Shown here piece by piece: positions 39,621 to 53,100 of a stretch of 64,000 nt of DNA. Source of the DNA: Octopus vulgaris (lineage: Eukaryota); the NCBI GenBank assembly GCA_951406725.2, contig OX597831.1, forward strand, positions 25,110,001 through 25,174,000. The letters are read 5' to 3'. A program made the position numbers and the translations under genes. The notes under the pieces are model-generated. The model saw only the letters and a program-made list of their open reading frames with translations. It ran no database searches and had not been told where the DNA came from. Positions within the stretch are counted from its first letter, which is position 1, and each line of letters opens with the position of its first letter.

Positions 39621-39804
39621 TAATCTATATTTTGTTTCTTTTCATTTGTCTTGCTCGCTTATGTTTTGGCGTTTGCTAAAATTTTCTTGAGAACATTCCT
39701 TTCTTAGTGGTAAGACCATAGTGGATCTACTTCTAGCATAATGGATGTCCATGTAGTGGTCATCCCTTTTATATGTATGTAATATATATATATATATATA
39801 TATA

Positions 39805-39985
39805 TAGGGGGAGTATTCATGAAATAAAACAAAAGACGAAGACAAGTGGTGTAAAAAACAAACAGATGTATTAGTATAATATTCTGAATTGAAAAAGTAT
39901 TTTATGTTTCGAGCCTACGCTCTTCCACAGAAAGGAATACAGCAAGAAACAAGGAGAGAAAAAAAATGTGTGTAGTGGCTACCAA

Positions 39986-39990
<5 letters not shown>
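39805..39990 (-). mobile_element. Penelope-like terminal remnant in (TA)n with hammerhead-like motif
   Basis: Homologous to 40830-41005; motif CTTT-CTGTGGA-AGAGC GTAG GCTC-GAAA on the - strand. Confidence 0.55.
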
Positions 39991-40022
<32 letters not shown>

Positions 40023-40829
40023 GTATAAGTTTTGTTGTACAAACAGGATAGATAAAACTAAAAATATGAGTATATATATATATATATATATTTCATTTTT
40101 AGTGAGCAGATGTTGCAATGTCACTTAAGGTACATAGCTATGCACAAACACTTGTCTTTTGACAATTAATTAAAAATACATGAATATAATACATATATTT
40201 ACATGCAAGCGTGTTTGTGTGTGTGTATGTGTGTGCATGCAAATGTATGTGAACAAATGCTAACATTTTCTTTTCCTATTCAACCTCATGACCAGTAACT
40301 CATATGTAGCTGTCTCTGACTATGTCTTTCTTTCCCCTGCCACATTTTCATTTTTATCTTTTTATCCCTTTAATATACTCTTACTCATGTTTTCTCTTCT
40401 TTCATTCACTTTCTTGGTTCTCTCTCAGTTGTTACTCTTCCATTCACCTTCTTAATCACATTAGTCTTAAAAAAATTGGGGACTACATAGAGAAGAGAGG
40501 ACTCTTTAGATTTTTAGCCAAGAATGTCTCTAGTCCTGGTGCACTGTGTAAAGCAGTTGACGTTAGGAAGAGCATCAAAGTATAGAATTCATGCGAATAA
40601 CTGAATGTACAAATCAGATGTGATCCCTAACAATTTATGTCAACATGGAAAGCAATTCTTGAATGATGACTATGATGATGATACAAACCCGCAGACACAG
40701 AGTTTCTGATACATACATACAAAATGAGAAACGAGAACATAAAAAACAAAAACATAAGAAACAAACTTTTTTTCCGAACAACAAAAGAAACAAATAGAGA
40801 AACGAAACATATAGTGTGCAATTTACAGA

Positions 40830-41005
40830 AAGACAAAACACGAAGACAGGTGTATAAACAACAAACAGGTGTATTAGTTTAACGCTCAGGAAGGTGAGAA
40901 AGTCTTTTAGGTTTTGAGCCTACGCTCTTCAACAGAAAGGAATATGAAGAAATAAACAGAGAGAGAATAAAAAAAAAAACTTTTGGAGCTAGCAGTCAAT
41001 CATGG
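40830..41005 (-). mobile_element. second copy of the 39805-39990 family
   Basis: Shared GAAGAC.GGTG..AAACAAACAG.TGTATTAGT and GAGCCTACGCTCTTC.ACAGAAAGGAATA. Confidence 0.55.
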
Positions 41006-41289
41006 CCTTTTTGTCATCCTCTGCTGAATTACAGAAAAAACTCACTCGTGATTGTGTAGTTAAGAAATTTGCTAGGTATCCACATGATTTCAGGTTCAGT
41101 CCTACTGCATAGCACCTTTGGCAAGTATCTTGAGCCATTGTCCTGAGCCTACGAACATCCTCTGAGTGGAACTTACAAACAGAAACTCTTTAGAAGTGCA
41201 TCTCTCTCTTTCTCTGTCTGTCTCTCTCTCTCTCTCTCCCTCTCAAACACACACTCATACATGCCTGTGTGGGGGTATATGTGTGTATA

Positions 41290-41520
41290 GGCGACGAGCT
41301 GGCAGAAACGTTAGCACACCGGGCGAAATGCGTAGCCGTATTTCGTCTGCTGTTACATTCTGAGTTCAAATTCTGCCAAGGTCGACTTTACCTTTCATCC
41401 TTTCGGGGTCGATAAATTAAGTACCAGTTACGCACTGGGGTCGATGTAATCGACTTAATACCTATGTCTGTCCTTGTTTGTCCCCTCTATGTTTGGCCCC
41501 TTGTGGGTAATAAAGAAATA
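41290..41520 (+). mobile_element. SINE family B with 16-bp TSD
   Basis: TSD GGTATATGTGTGTATA at 41274-41289 and 41521-41536. Confidence 0.9.
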
Positions 41521-42534
41521 GGTATATGTGTGTATACACACGCACACTCACACATATATATACTCATATATGTACACATGTGTATGTATATATATATATA
41601 TACTCTCATACAAATTTATATACACAAACATACATACAAACATATATATCTATCTATATGTATATGCACAAAAACTCAAGTGTATACGCATACATCATAC
41701 ATATATACACACACACACACAAACATACCTGCCTTCTACATATTTATGGTATTGTTCCAAGAGCCATCTATCTATTTACTTGACTAATTAACAGTGGATT
41801 TTTACCTGACAGTTGAATAACAAATTGCTTTCCTATCACGTAGACAGAAGACAGAACTACAATTCCATTATCCAGTCTTTTAGGACATGAACATGGCATT
41901 ACCAATATCTTTGGCAAGAATACAAGAAAATACCAAGTAGATTATTACAAGTAGCATTTATTTTAACTTCATCCAGTATTATTCGCTATCAGATTTTGGC
42001 AAAGGTGTGGTGGTGGTTGTGGAGTCGGGTGTAGATTGGAGCAAAAGTGAAACTCTATAATTAATTAGATTCTTTGATTGATGGAGAACTTCCTATAGAA
42101 GTATGAGAAGTTAATGTTGCAAAGTCTATTAATTTCTAATGAATTGTTTAATTTTATTTATAAAGATGTGAAGAAATCACTGATTCCCTGTGACTAGAAT
42201 GTTATTTTGGTAGATAAGGAGGCCATTTAGAGATAACCTTATTATTCCAACCATGACAAACCATTATGATGAACAAAAGAGATATAAAAATAAGGTGTTG
42301 AACTATTGGTCATTTGGTCAAGAATTCAAACCTTTTGACTCATGATATATGATAGCGTATTGTTAATGTACTCACTGCCAGTTGCACTGAGTGCTTAACA
42401 AACAAACTTTCTAAGCAGCCGCTCAGTCTACTAGAAATAGCAGTCATGTCTCACCCTCAAATAGCCTATCACTGTCTTTAACCCTTTAGCATTCAGATTA
42501 CTCTATGGAATGTAATGCTTATAGATTCACATTG

Positions 42535-42690
42535 ATTAACATATCCCCCTCTCAGGATCACATGCTTATTGCAGCAACCCTTTAGTTTTTCTATGCCCTG
42601 TAGAAGAACTTGAAAGGTTTGGCCTTCAACCAGATCTTTCATGATACCATTAAAGCCAGACACTTTTCGGCACCCCGCCTCATATTTCAT
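42535..42690 (-). pseudogene. mariner transposase C-terminal remnant
   Basis: QGIEKLKGCCNKHVILRGGYVN resembles the mariner terminus GI.KL..RW.KC....GDYVE. Confidence 0.55.
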
Positions 42691-43449
42691 CTTGCTCTGC
42701 TAGTGTCTGTCTTTAATTTTAGACCAGTCATTGTTATACTGTAATTTCTGCCCACTACCTCATTAAAATATATTTATTTCATGATCATTATCAGCAAATT
42801 AGTAAATATAATCACTTTGTTACCATCGGTGAAATCAGCTCAAGAGTACTATTTCCTTTTTTCCCCTTCGCTCATTTATAGAACTGGATTCTCATTTAAA
42901 AATGTGAAAATGTGTCAGGTAGAGGCATGGCTCTGTGGTCAAGAAACTCACACAAAACACATGGTTTCAAGTTCAGTCTCACTGCATGGCATATAGAGCA
43001 AGTATCTTCTACTATAGCTTAATGCTGACCAATGACTTGTGAGCAAATGAGATAGACAGAAAGAAACAATATATATATATATAAGGATAAGATCATTAAT
43101 TTAATTATCGACCTTATCAAGTGGCCAGCATGGGAATTAAAACCTTCAAAGGTAATAATTATTATTAAAATTATAATTTAGGGTATCTAAGACATACTTC
43201 CACGCTGGAAATAGCAGCCAAAACTTGCTGTATGAACATTTTATGTGGTTTTAGAGTCAAGGTTTGGCTGCTTAATTTATGATTAAACTACATTTTAGGC
43301 TTAAATAAAATTATTGAGTGAATAAAATGTTAATTAACTCTTTTTGATGTCTTTTAAAGATGCCTGCTCTCTTAAAAGTAATCCTGAAGCAGAATCAGTG
43401 TGAACAGATAACCAGATGTATACACAGTGTATACATATCAATATACAAT

Positions 43450-43805
43450 ATACATGTGTGTGTGTGCATACGTGTATGTGTGTATATATATATGCATATG
43501 TACATTGCGTATATACATATGTGTGTGTGTGTGTATATATATCTATATATATGTGTGTGTGTATACATCTATATATGCATATGCATATTGTATATATATA
43601 TATGTGTGTGTGTATATATCTATATATGTGTGTGTGTTTATAAATCTATATATGCATATCTATATATTGTATATATATATATATGTGTGTGTGTGTGTAT
43701 GTGTATCTATCTATATATATATGTATACTTATGTTTGTGTGTGTATATACATGTATGTATGTATGTGTGTGTGTGTGTGCCTGCATGTGCGTGTACCGAT
43801 ATATA
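43450..43805. repeat. compound (TG)/(TA)n microsatellite
   Basis: Read directly. Confidence 0.95.
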
Positions 43806-44118
43806 AATTGTATTTCAATTTATGATACACAGGGTTTGCATTCATATATAGATAATTAGAACTAATGAGCTAGTAATGTATTAATTGCATTAGCTGTCAA
43901 GAATATGTTATACAAATCAGTTACTTTGATTTCCTGAAAACTTTTAGTAATCGTGGCTTTATAAACAATGTCTGTGATGAGTGTGAATAAGGTTTCATTC
44001 CCAACACAGAATCACAACTAGTTTGGCTAATCCTTCTTTGTCTATCCTCGAGGATATTCCATATAAATACAAGATGCTTATATCTGTTTATTACATATAA
44101 TATAATGTGTTCTCTTAA

Positions 44119-44339
44119 CCCTTTTGTTACCAACCCAGCTGAAACCGGCTCTGGCTTTGTAGTACAAATGTCTTGTCTTTATAAGTTTTGAATTAAAATC
44201 TTCCACCAAACCGTAGTCACAATTTATGTTCCTAACACTAGCTGAATGATAACTAAGTTATTTTACTAAATTCTTTCTTATATTTAAAGTAATTGAAAGA
44301 AACACAGAGCATCTCAAAATAAATACAGTAACGAAAGGG
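44119..44339. mobile_element. piggyBac-like MITE
   Basis: TTAA TSD and CCCTTT TIR; homologous to 13424-13643. Confidence 0.85.
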
Positions 44340-44473
44340 TTAAATATAGAATATCATCTATAGTTGTATGAATATAAGTATACACGTTTCTTTATAAATG
44401 TGGATATATATAATAATATGTATGTATGTTTTATAAATGTGTATATATTTGTGTATGTATCTACATATGTGTA

Positions 44474-44581
44474 TATACACAACTTATAAACAAGGGCAAA
44501 AGAAAAATTATTACTATGCCAAAATGCTATTTCTGGCATAGAAATAATTTTTCTTTTGCTCTTGTTTATAAGTTGTGTATA
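44474..44581. repeat. near-perfect hairpin (~48-bp arms)
   Basis: ATACACAACTTATAAACAAGGGCAAAAGAAAAATTATTACTATGCCA / TGGCATAGAAATAATTTTTCTTTTGCTCTTGTTTATAAGTTGTGTAT. Confidence 0.9.
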
Positions 44582-45240
44582 AAATTTTAACCTTTAAAGC
44601 TAGTAATATGCTTCCACTTTTGATGAAATTTTTTTCTGAAAAAATTTTATCCTATATTAGTAGTATGTGTGTATACATATATATGTGTGTGTGTAGTCTA
44701 ATTGAATGATTAAACATTAAAAATAACAAAACAACATAGAATGTATTATTTTGGCGCTCAGTTAAAAGGGAAGGTTTTTGACATTTTGAGCATTGTTCTT
44801 TGTCAGGAAGGAAAACAGAAAAGTCCAGAGAAGGAAAAATATCACTAACATCCCGTTGGTGATAATTTTCTCCTTGCCCCTCTCTTTCCCTTCCTCACAC
44901 ATTTTCTCACACACACACACATATTTTGTATCTCTCCAGTAGACCCAGATGTCCCTTGTAGGTGATATTGAATTGTCAGATGCCCTTTGACCTTTGTAAC
45001 ATCAAGTTACTTGAGAGTCCACTTGATTCCATGATACAAACTTCCTGTTTTAAATTGATTTATATTAAGACCTTATCACCAGACTTCATGTTAATTTATG
45101 TTCCAAACAGCTTAATAAATGAGTTCCCTCACCAAATTCTCTAATATTTTCAAAATTAGTTGAAACAAAGACAGTGTATTTTAATGGAAATTTGGTAACA
45201 ATAGGTTTAAAGGATCTGAGTAGCATTGGATTAACTATTA

Positions 45241-45762
45241 CTGTAAATCCTTGAGTATAGTCCACCCTTGAGTATAATATGCAGGGGATTTTTAGGGGGC
45301 TGTACTTCTGAAAAATCTAAACCTTGTGTATAATATGCACCCCCTCTCTAACTTGAGTCATGCATAATTAAGCCAGCAGAACCTAGTCAAACAAACACTT
45401 CCACGCATGCGTAATACAATAATGGTGATGTTCTTAACTGTTATATGGGAATGTAAATATGTTTGCAAATTGTTTTTGTTACATGTTATTCTGTGTTCTG
45501 AATACTTTTATTTTAATAAATGTCGCTTACTGCAAATTATGGATGATTCTTTTATGACTTCATTGCTCTCAGGCTTAGCTTAAGGGATTCTTGTGCCCGA
45601 CATCCCAAAATGCATCTGAATAAACATTGCCGGACAGCAAATAGACACTCAGACATTGCTTAGAAAATAATTTTCATTTCTAACCTTGTATATAGTACGC
45701 ACTAGAGATTTTGGCCTTTAAATTTTGGGAAAAAACTGCGGATTATACTCGAGGATTTACGG
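45241..45762. mobile_element. Tc1/mariner-superfamily (pogo/Tc2-like) MITE
   Basis: TA TSD; imperfect TIR CTGTAAATCCTTGAGTATAGTCC / GGATTATACTCGAGGATTTACGG. Confidence 0.8.
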
Positions 45763-45849
45763 TAAGCAAACTAAGCATGTGCTTCGGGCATCAAGGGAAG
45801 TGGAGGCACCACAGAAATGGTAAATGTTTACAGCACAAAAGAAATCACT

Positions 45850-46167
45850 TTAAATTTGCTGAAATGATAATGAAAGTGGTTTACATGCTCGGAAATATAA
45901 TTTTGAAGTGTTCATGGTGTCATAGTGAGGATCTGATCAAAGACTTTACAATCACAAAAAGTAGTCGAAAAGTTTATCAAATATAAATAAAATGGAAGTA
46001 TGCAAAAATAAACATTATTTTCCCTCTTTCTGTTAGTTTTGCTTCATTTTGAAAGATAAAGATTTTTTTTAAAGGTTTATTATTGTTTATATTTTAAATT
46101 ACATATGTATGGGGGTACCAAAACTTTTGAGGGCTTAGGGCTTGTAATGGGTCTTAATCTGGCCCTG
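45850..46167 (+). mobile_element. hAT 3' remnant
   Basis: EDLIKDF...KSSRK C-terminus and terminal TTAATCTGGCCCTG, resembling a hAT TIR. Confidence 0.4.
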
Positions 46168-46407
46168 GTTCTGAAGGTGATTTTTTTCCATTATAATAAA
46201 GCAAAATTATTAATGTATTTAATAACTTCAATTAATCAGGATCATAGCTGAAGAGGTAAACTCTATTGAACAATTTATAATTCAACAAAATGAAGTGAGA
46301 TAAACTGAAAATTAAATAAGTATCTTTTTGAAATGGATTGTCATGCTCAAATCTCACTTAATTAAAATGAGATACAGAAAATGCATTTAAGAGAAAGAAT
46401 AACGGCA

Positions 46408-46450
46408 ACTGTAGACAAGTTTCAGTCTTAATAAACCTCTTCAGAGAAGC
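46408..46450 (-). ncRNA. hammerhead-like catalytic core
   Basis: On the - strand: CTGAAGA-GGTTT atta AGACT-GAAAC tt GTC; stem I is not evident. Confidence 0.4.
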
Positions 46451-46873
46451 ATAAAGCACTCGAGTATACAGAAATGATGGCTCCATAGTATCCATCAATC
46501 AGTAATTCACCATTTTCATGTGTTGGTTTACGTGAAGAAATACAGTAGAAATGTCTGTGATGTACTCAGCCATTTATGCAATAATTCAGTGAATATGTAG
46601 TTCTGTTGATCAAACAACTGAACCACAATCATTAAAATCATACCAACACCTCATAAACCACACATACTCAAACATATATATGTTGTGTAATAATATTCCA
46701 TTAAACTTCAAAGCATAACTTCATGAGCATAAATTTCTCCTTCCTCAGCAAATGGACAATAATTTGTTCATTCGCATGCATTCACATGTATTTGAATTTA
46801 GTATTCAGAACACTCTTCTGACATATTTCCTGTCAACCATATTTCTGATGAAGTTTTACATACTATGTGTGTT

Positions 46874-46965
<92 letters not shown>

Positions 46966-47235
46966 GGGAATATTATTCCAAACTTACAGGGAAAAAAATT
47001 CAATTTAGAAATACTAAATCAAATATATATCTCCCTCTCTCTCTCTCTCGGAGAGGCACAAGCACCTACACACACATATACACACATGGCAGTAACTTCC
47101 GCCTACCAAATTCAATCACAAAGCTTCAGCCAGCCTGGGGCTATAGCAGAAGACACTTGCCCAAAGTGCCACACGGTGGGACTGAACCTGAAACCATGTA
47201 GCTAAGAAGCAAGCTCCATAACCACACAGCCATGC

Positions 47236-47388
<153 letters not shown>

Positions 47389-47393
47389 TCTGG

Positions 47394-47587
47394 CACATTT
47401 TTGTAACATTTTGAAAGGCAGGAAAAAGGAGGCTTATCTTGATATGTTTATAATGAAACGACCTGCAAGTTTAAAAAGCGAAGATAGTGTGTCCAAAAAG
47501 CCTAAGTTAAGCAAAGTGAGAGAGAAAACATCAGAAATTGTTCTTCCTGAAGTCTTAATGGGAGGAGATTCTCCTTCCAAACAGTAA
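47394..47587 (+). pseudogene. Tigger/pogo transposase C-terminal remnant
   Basis: [23 protein letters not shown]...[14 protein letters not shown], a Tigger-type terminus. Confidence 0.6.
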
Positions 47588-48064
47588 TCCTCCTTCTCCC
47601 TGCTCTATCATCTTCCTCTTGCATGAACTGTCTCATCTTTAAGATCCATCATCTTACACCTATTCTACAATATCATAGGAAAATTAAACTATTACATCAG
47701 CAAAATATCGAAACTACGAGGTAATGTGAATATAAAAGCATTTCATTTGACAGTGTAATCTGAATGCTAAATGGTTAAAATGGCAAGTTATAATTTGATG
47801 GTGATATTAACTGCTGTTTCTAGCTGGTTAGAGACTCTCCCACTCATTTATATAACTTTATTATTCAACTGTAGTAATATTATGGAAATACATTGTCTAA
47901 CCAATCTTTTATTTAATTTACAAACTAATTTTGCAACATTATCAGTAATATGTTTTAAAAAGATAAATATATAAATAACTAACTTAAAAACTCATTTCTC
48001 TTCTTAATAATTTTACTTTTTTATATTTTTGCCACTTTTCCAACTTTCTGGGTTTTTTTTTTGT

Positions 48065-48129
<65 letters not shown>

Positions 48130-48831
48130 TCTCTCTCTCATATGTTTTTGAAATCTAAATTCTTGGAGAAATAATAATTCTTTGTAACTGTCAATCAGAA
48201 ATTCTGGTTATATTTATAAAGTAATTTGAACAGATTCCATTTGTAAAAAAAAAAAAAGAAAAAGTTAAAAAAATAGATAAATCTCTAAAACTGAAGTAAA
48301 CTCATCTGAATTAAAAGATGTCCAAAAAAAAAAAAACCTTGAAAATACCAAGAAAAACATTGAAGAGAGAAAGAGTTTACAAATAAAAGGAAAAGTAAAT
48401 TTGAAATATAAGAAATATATATATTATTCATAGCAAAGTAAAAGAGAAAAGAGAAATATAAATTTTGTATTTCTTATATCTGTGTGGGTTTAAATAGTTA
48501 AATAAATACACTCACACACACATGCAAACATATATATATATGACCCACACATATATATATATATGTATATGTATGTATATAGAAATGTATATGTATGCTT
48601 GTATATTTGTATAGTTGTGTATGTACATATATGTAAATATATGTATATCTGTGTGTGTGTGTGTGTGAGTGTTATCTTCGGCTTGGCTGCGTATCTGAGA
48701 ATTTGCTTCCCAACCATATGGTTTCAGATTTCGTTGCTCTGCGTGGTACCTTGGGCAAGTGTTCTTTGCTGTAGCCTCAGAGCAACCAAAGTTTTGTAAG
48801 TAAATTTGGTAGACGGAAAGTGAAAGAAGAC

Positions 48832-49150
48832 TGTATGTATGTATGTATGTATGTATGTATGTATGTATGTATGTGTGTATGTGTGTATGTATAAGGATGT
48901 ATGTATGTATGTATGTGTGTGTGTATGCTTGCATGTATGTATGTGTGCATATGTGTATGTATGTTTGTTTGTTTGTATGTATGTATGTATGTATGTATGA
49001 ATAAAGTATGTATATAATGTATAATGTGTGTATGTATGAATGTAATGTATAATGTATGTATGTGTGTATGGATACATATGTAGGATGTATCTGTGTATGT
49101 GTGGAGTGTGTATATAGTATGTATGTAGCATGTATCTTTGTATGTATCAG
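48832..49150. repeat. degenerate (TATG)n array following a decayed family A SINE head
   Basis: Read directly; SINE head at about 48680-48832. Confidence 0.85.
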
Positions 49151-49487
49151 CCATGTTAGGATGGTGCATTTTACATGCCATGGCATGGAACCCAATATCA
49201 TAATACTTATATGCATTCATTTTTCATATACCCACGTGCATTTCTTCAGACTTAGTTCTAAATTAATATTATGTATGCACAATCACATACATATGCATAT
49301 GTGCATACACTCTATTATATGCATGACTCTTGAGTATTTGTTTATATCTGTGATCACATTCATTATCACTTTTCAGTTTTGAAACTATATGGAATAAAAA
49401 ATCCCTTACTAAAACAACAGGTAAGGGGTAACATTCAAAATGGCATTAGCTATAAAAGATTACTTCAAATAACATAATCATCTAACC

Positions 49488-49620
49488 CAGTGGTTCTCAA
49501 CCAGGTTTCATATGGCCCCTGACAGTCCATTAAGATTTTGGTGGGGTTCCCACAGCAAAATAGAAAATTGGGGTTCCACAATAATATCTTATGGGCCCCT
49601 GAAAAATTTTTGCTTTTCAT
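49488..49620 (+). mobile_element. hAT (Charlie-like) MITE left end
   Basis: Begins CAGTGGTTCTCAACC; right TIR not found. Confidence 0.45.
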
Positions 49621-49647
49621 GTATGTATTGGTATGTATTGCAAGAAA

Positions 49648-49716
49648 TACACTAGCATTGGTTGTCAAGCAATGTTGGGTAGGAACAAACACAGACACAC
49701 AGACGTATACACACAC

Positions 49717-49761
<45 letters not shown>

Positions 49762-49971
49762 GAGAGAGAGAGGGGGGAAGTATATGTATATATATACACA
49801 TATACAACGGGCTTCTTTCAGTTTCTGGCTACCAAATCCACTTATTGACAAGGCTTTACTCAGCCTGAGGCTATAGTAAAAGACACTTGCTCAAGGTGCC
49901 ATGCAGTGGGACTGAACCCAGAACCATATGGCTGGCAAGCAAGCTACTTACCACACAGCTACACCTGTGCC

Positions 49972-49972
<1 letters not shown>
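49648..49972 (-). mobile_element. SINE family A (partial)
   Basis: Reverse-complement head plus expanded internal microsatellite. Confidence 0.8.
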
Positions 49973-50013
<41 letters not shown>

Positions 50014-50654
50014 TTTATTTTATTTTGAGTGACAGAATATATTGCAGAATGTTATAACAAGGGAGAGTGTAATATACATTCGCCATATGATTTGCCAGCA
50101 GATAATAAGAAAGAGAGATAATGGATAGAGATAGAGAGTGACAGATAAAGAGAGCGAGAAAGAAAGAAAGACATTTTTAATCCTTTGCTAGAGATAGTCC
50201 AAAGAATTTTAATGAAAGAAAGAAGCCCCACAAAAACCTTGCTGCTTCATGATGAATTTATGTTTCGTATTTGGTGAATGTTGATATTACAACAGGTCAA
50301 AGACTGGAATATATTGCTCTCCTGTAGGATCTGGATTATATTGGAATGTTACAGAAGAAAAGTTTTGGCAGATTAATACAATATATTATGTGATTGGCTT
50401 AAAGGAAATTATTATTATTAATAATAATAATAATAATAATAATAGTAATAGCAACAATGATGATAAAACTAGTAGACACAGCAAGGAAATTATTCTTGTT
50501 AAAACTGTTTCTTTCCAAGTTGTAGAATAAATGACGTCAGTGACTAAAATGCTTAAATCACAAGAAGAAATATTGTATGACATGATGGCGTTGCAGTCTA
50601 TCCTGTAGGTAATTTCACCCTTTTAGGGTTGATGAAATAAGTACCTCTAGAGCA

Positions 50655-51110
50655 TTAGACAATAGATGAATGTTGAAGTGGTTTGGCCACATGGAGAGGA
50701 TGGATGAAGAGTGGATGGTAAGGAGGGTGATGAAAGCAGAAATGGTGAGGCAGCAGAACCAGAGGCAGACCTTGGTTTGAGTGGATGGGTGGAGTGAGGA
50801 AAGCTTTGGTCGTTAGAGGTGTTGGAGCAAGAGAGGCAAGAGAGTTTATAAATGATAGGAAAGCTTGAAGAGTGTTTGTGGTTAGATGAATGGATTTGAT
50901 GTTGCTCAAAGGGGTACGGAACCAGTATGATGCGGTGGAGGTAAATCAGCATATGCAGTCGGGCCCCGCCACTGATATAGGAATTGCGTTTCATACCCTG
51001 ATCCGAGCATGGAATGGGGCTTGCCTCTTTGAACTGGGAAATGAATGGAATGCCTGGTGTGTGCCTTGAGGTGGCTACCCACTCCTAAAAAAATGGGGAA
51101 TAGGTCTGGA
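50655..51110 (+). mobile_element. RTE-clade LINE 3' fragment
   Basis: LKWFGHMERMDEE.MVRRVM...RTRGRP..W...V.K.L...DRK, the post-RT RTE motif, with a frameshift and stop, then a 3'UTR. Confidence 0.75.
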
Positions 51111-51126
51111 TATATATATAGAACAG

Positions 51127-51510
51127 TGGAGGCACAATGGCCCAGTGGTTAGGGCAGCAGACTTGCGGTCGTAATATCGCGGTTTCGATTCCCAGACTGG
51201 GCGTTGTGAGTGTTTATTGAGCGAAAACACCTAAAGCTCCACGAGGCTCCTGCAGAGGAAGGTGGTGAATCCTGCTGTACTCTTTCACCACAAATTTCTC
51301 TCACTCTATCTTCCTGTTTCTGTTGTACCTGTGTTTCAAAGGGCCAGCCTTGTCACATTGTGTCATGCTGAATCTCCCCCAAGAACTACATGAAGGGTAC
51401 ACGTGTCTGTGGAGTGCTCAGCCACTTGCACGTTAATTTCACAAGCAGGCTGTTCCATTGATCGGTTCAAATGGAACCCTCACCGTCATAACCGACGGAG
51501 TGAGAAAAAA
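51127..51510 (+). mobile_element. SINE family C
   Basis: Matches 30510-30892. Confidence 0.85.
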
Positions 51511-51617
51511 ATATAGAATATTAGAGAACTGGAGTCGATAGATTTGACCAGCCTCCTCCACCAAAATTCCAGGCCTTTTGCCTATAGCAGAAAGGGATAT
51601 TAATCAATGGTACTTAA

Positions 51618-51849
51618 AGGTGGCGAGCTGACAGAGACGTTAGCACGCCGGGCGAAATGCATAGCCGTATTTTGTCTGCCGTTACGTTCTGAGTTCAAAT
51701 TCCGCCAAGGTCGACTTTGCCTTTCATCCTTTCGGGGTCGATTAAATAAGCACCAGTTACGCACTGGGGTCGATATAATTGACTTAATCCTTTTGTCTGT
51801 CCTTGTTTGTCTTCTCTGTGTTTAGCCCCTTGTGGGTAGTAAAGAAATA
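51618..51849 (+). mobile_element. SINE family B
   Basis: Matches 31867-32098. Confidence 0.85.
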
Positions 51850-52579
51850 GATACTTGTAATACTACAACAGTCAGATCCAATCAACTTATTCTTCGGCCT
51901 ATTCTCTTCGCCCATTTTTCTTCCCACCTACACACATAATGTCTCTTACATAATAATTAAAAACCATTAATAACCTAGTTGATAATGATTCTTATGTTCT
52001 CCTAAAGATTTGTTGCATTTTTATTCTTTACTTCGTTTATTTTTTTTTTTTAAATATATTTTTGTTTGAAGACATATTTTTCTACGGTTTTTTTTATTCC
52101 ATTTTTTTTATTTATTTTTCTTTATGCGAAGAACGTTTATGTTGCATAAGCCATGAAACACCTTTTGTAGCTGTTTTATTTTTTTTCCTTCCCTTCCCAA
52201 TCCATTACCATCACCACCACCACCACCACCACCACTACCACAGCAACAATAACAATAACAACAACAGATATTTAAAATATAATTAATCCTTTATGAACCT
52301 CAATGGGCCTCAGTGCCTAAACCTCATGCATTATTGATATGGTTTATACTATGAAATCAAAACGTTAATAAACAAAAACAAAAACATAAGACAATCTATA
52401 TTTTATTGCCTTTTCTCATGTTGCTGCACCAACTTTCCAGAGATTTATTCATTATTTATTCATTATTAAGGCAGCAACAGCCACACAAGGACAACAATTT
52501 ACTTCTCAGGTGTTGTTTTTTCTTTTATTCCTTATTCTCCAATTTAGCACCATTACTGGATTAACCTCATGTATCATCT

Positions 52580-53100
52580 ACGCCACCTCCACAACCACTG
52601 CCACACTACCGCCTCCACCTCCACCGCCACTACCACCACCACCGCCACTGCCGCCTCCACCACCGCCAATACCACCAACTTTGTATAATGATCTCCTCTC
52701 CTTCTTTATCTTTGCCAGTGGAACAGACTTCTATCTGTTTCCTTTCTATCTCTCGTAAGAGTAACCAAGGAAAGTAATCTTAATGTGGTGGTGGTAGTGG
52801 TGGTGGTGGCGGCGGCGGTGGCGGTGGCGGTGGTGGTGATAGTGTGCTGGTAGTGGTAGTGTGCTGGTGGTGGTGGTGGTGGTGGTGGTGTGGTGTGCTG
52901 GTGGTGGTAGTGTGGTGGTGGTGGTGGTGGTGGTGTGGTGTGATGATGGTGGTGGTGGTGGTACCTCTGCTGTGGTGGTGTGGTGGTGGTGGTGTGGTGG
53001 TTATAGTGTGGTGGTGGTGGTATGGTGGTGGTGGTGGTGGTAGAGGTGGTGGTGGAGGCGGAGGAGGAGGAGGAAGAAGAAGAAGAAGAAGAAGAAGAGG
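52580..53100. repeat. (CCA/CCG)n tract followed by (GGT)n, (GGA)n and (GAA)n tracts
   Basis: Read directly. Confidence 0.9.
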
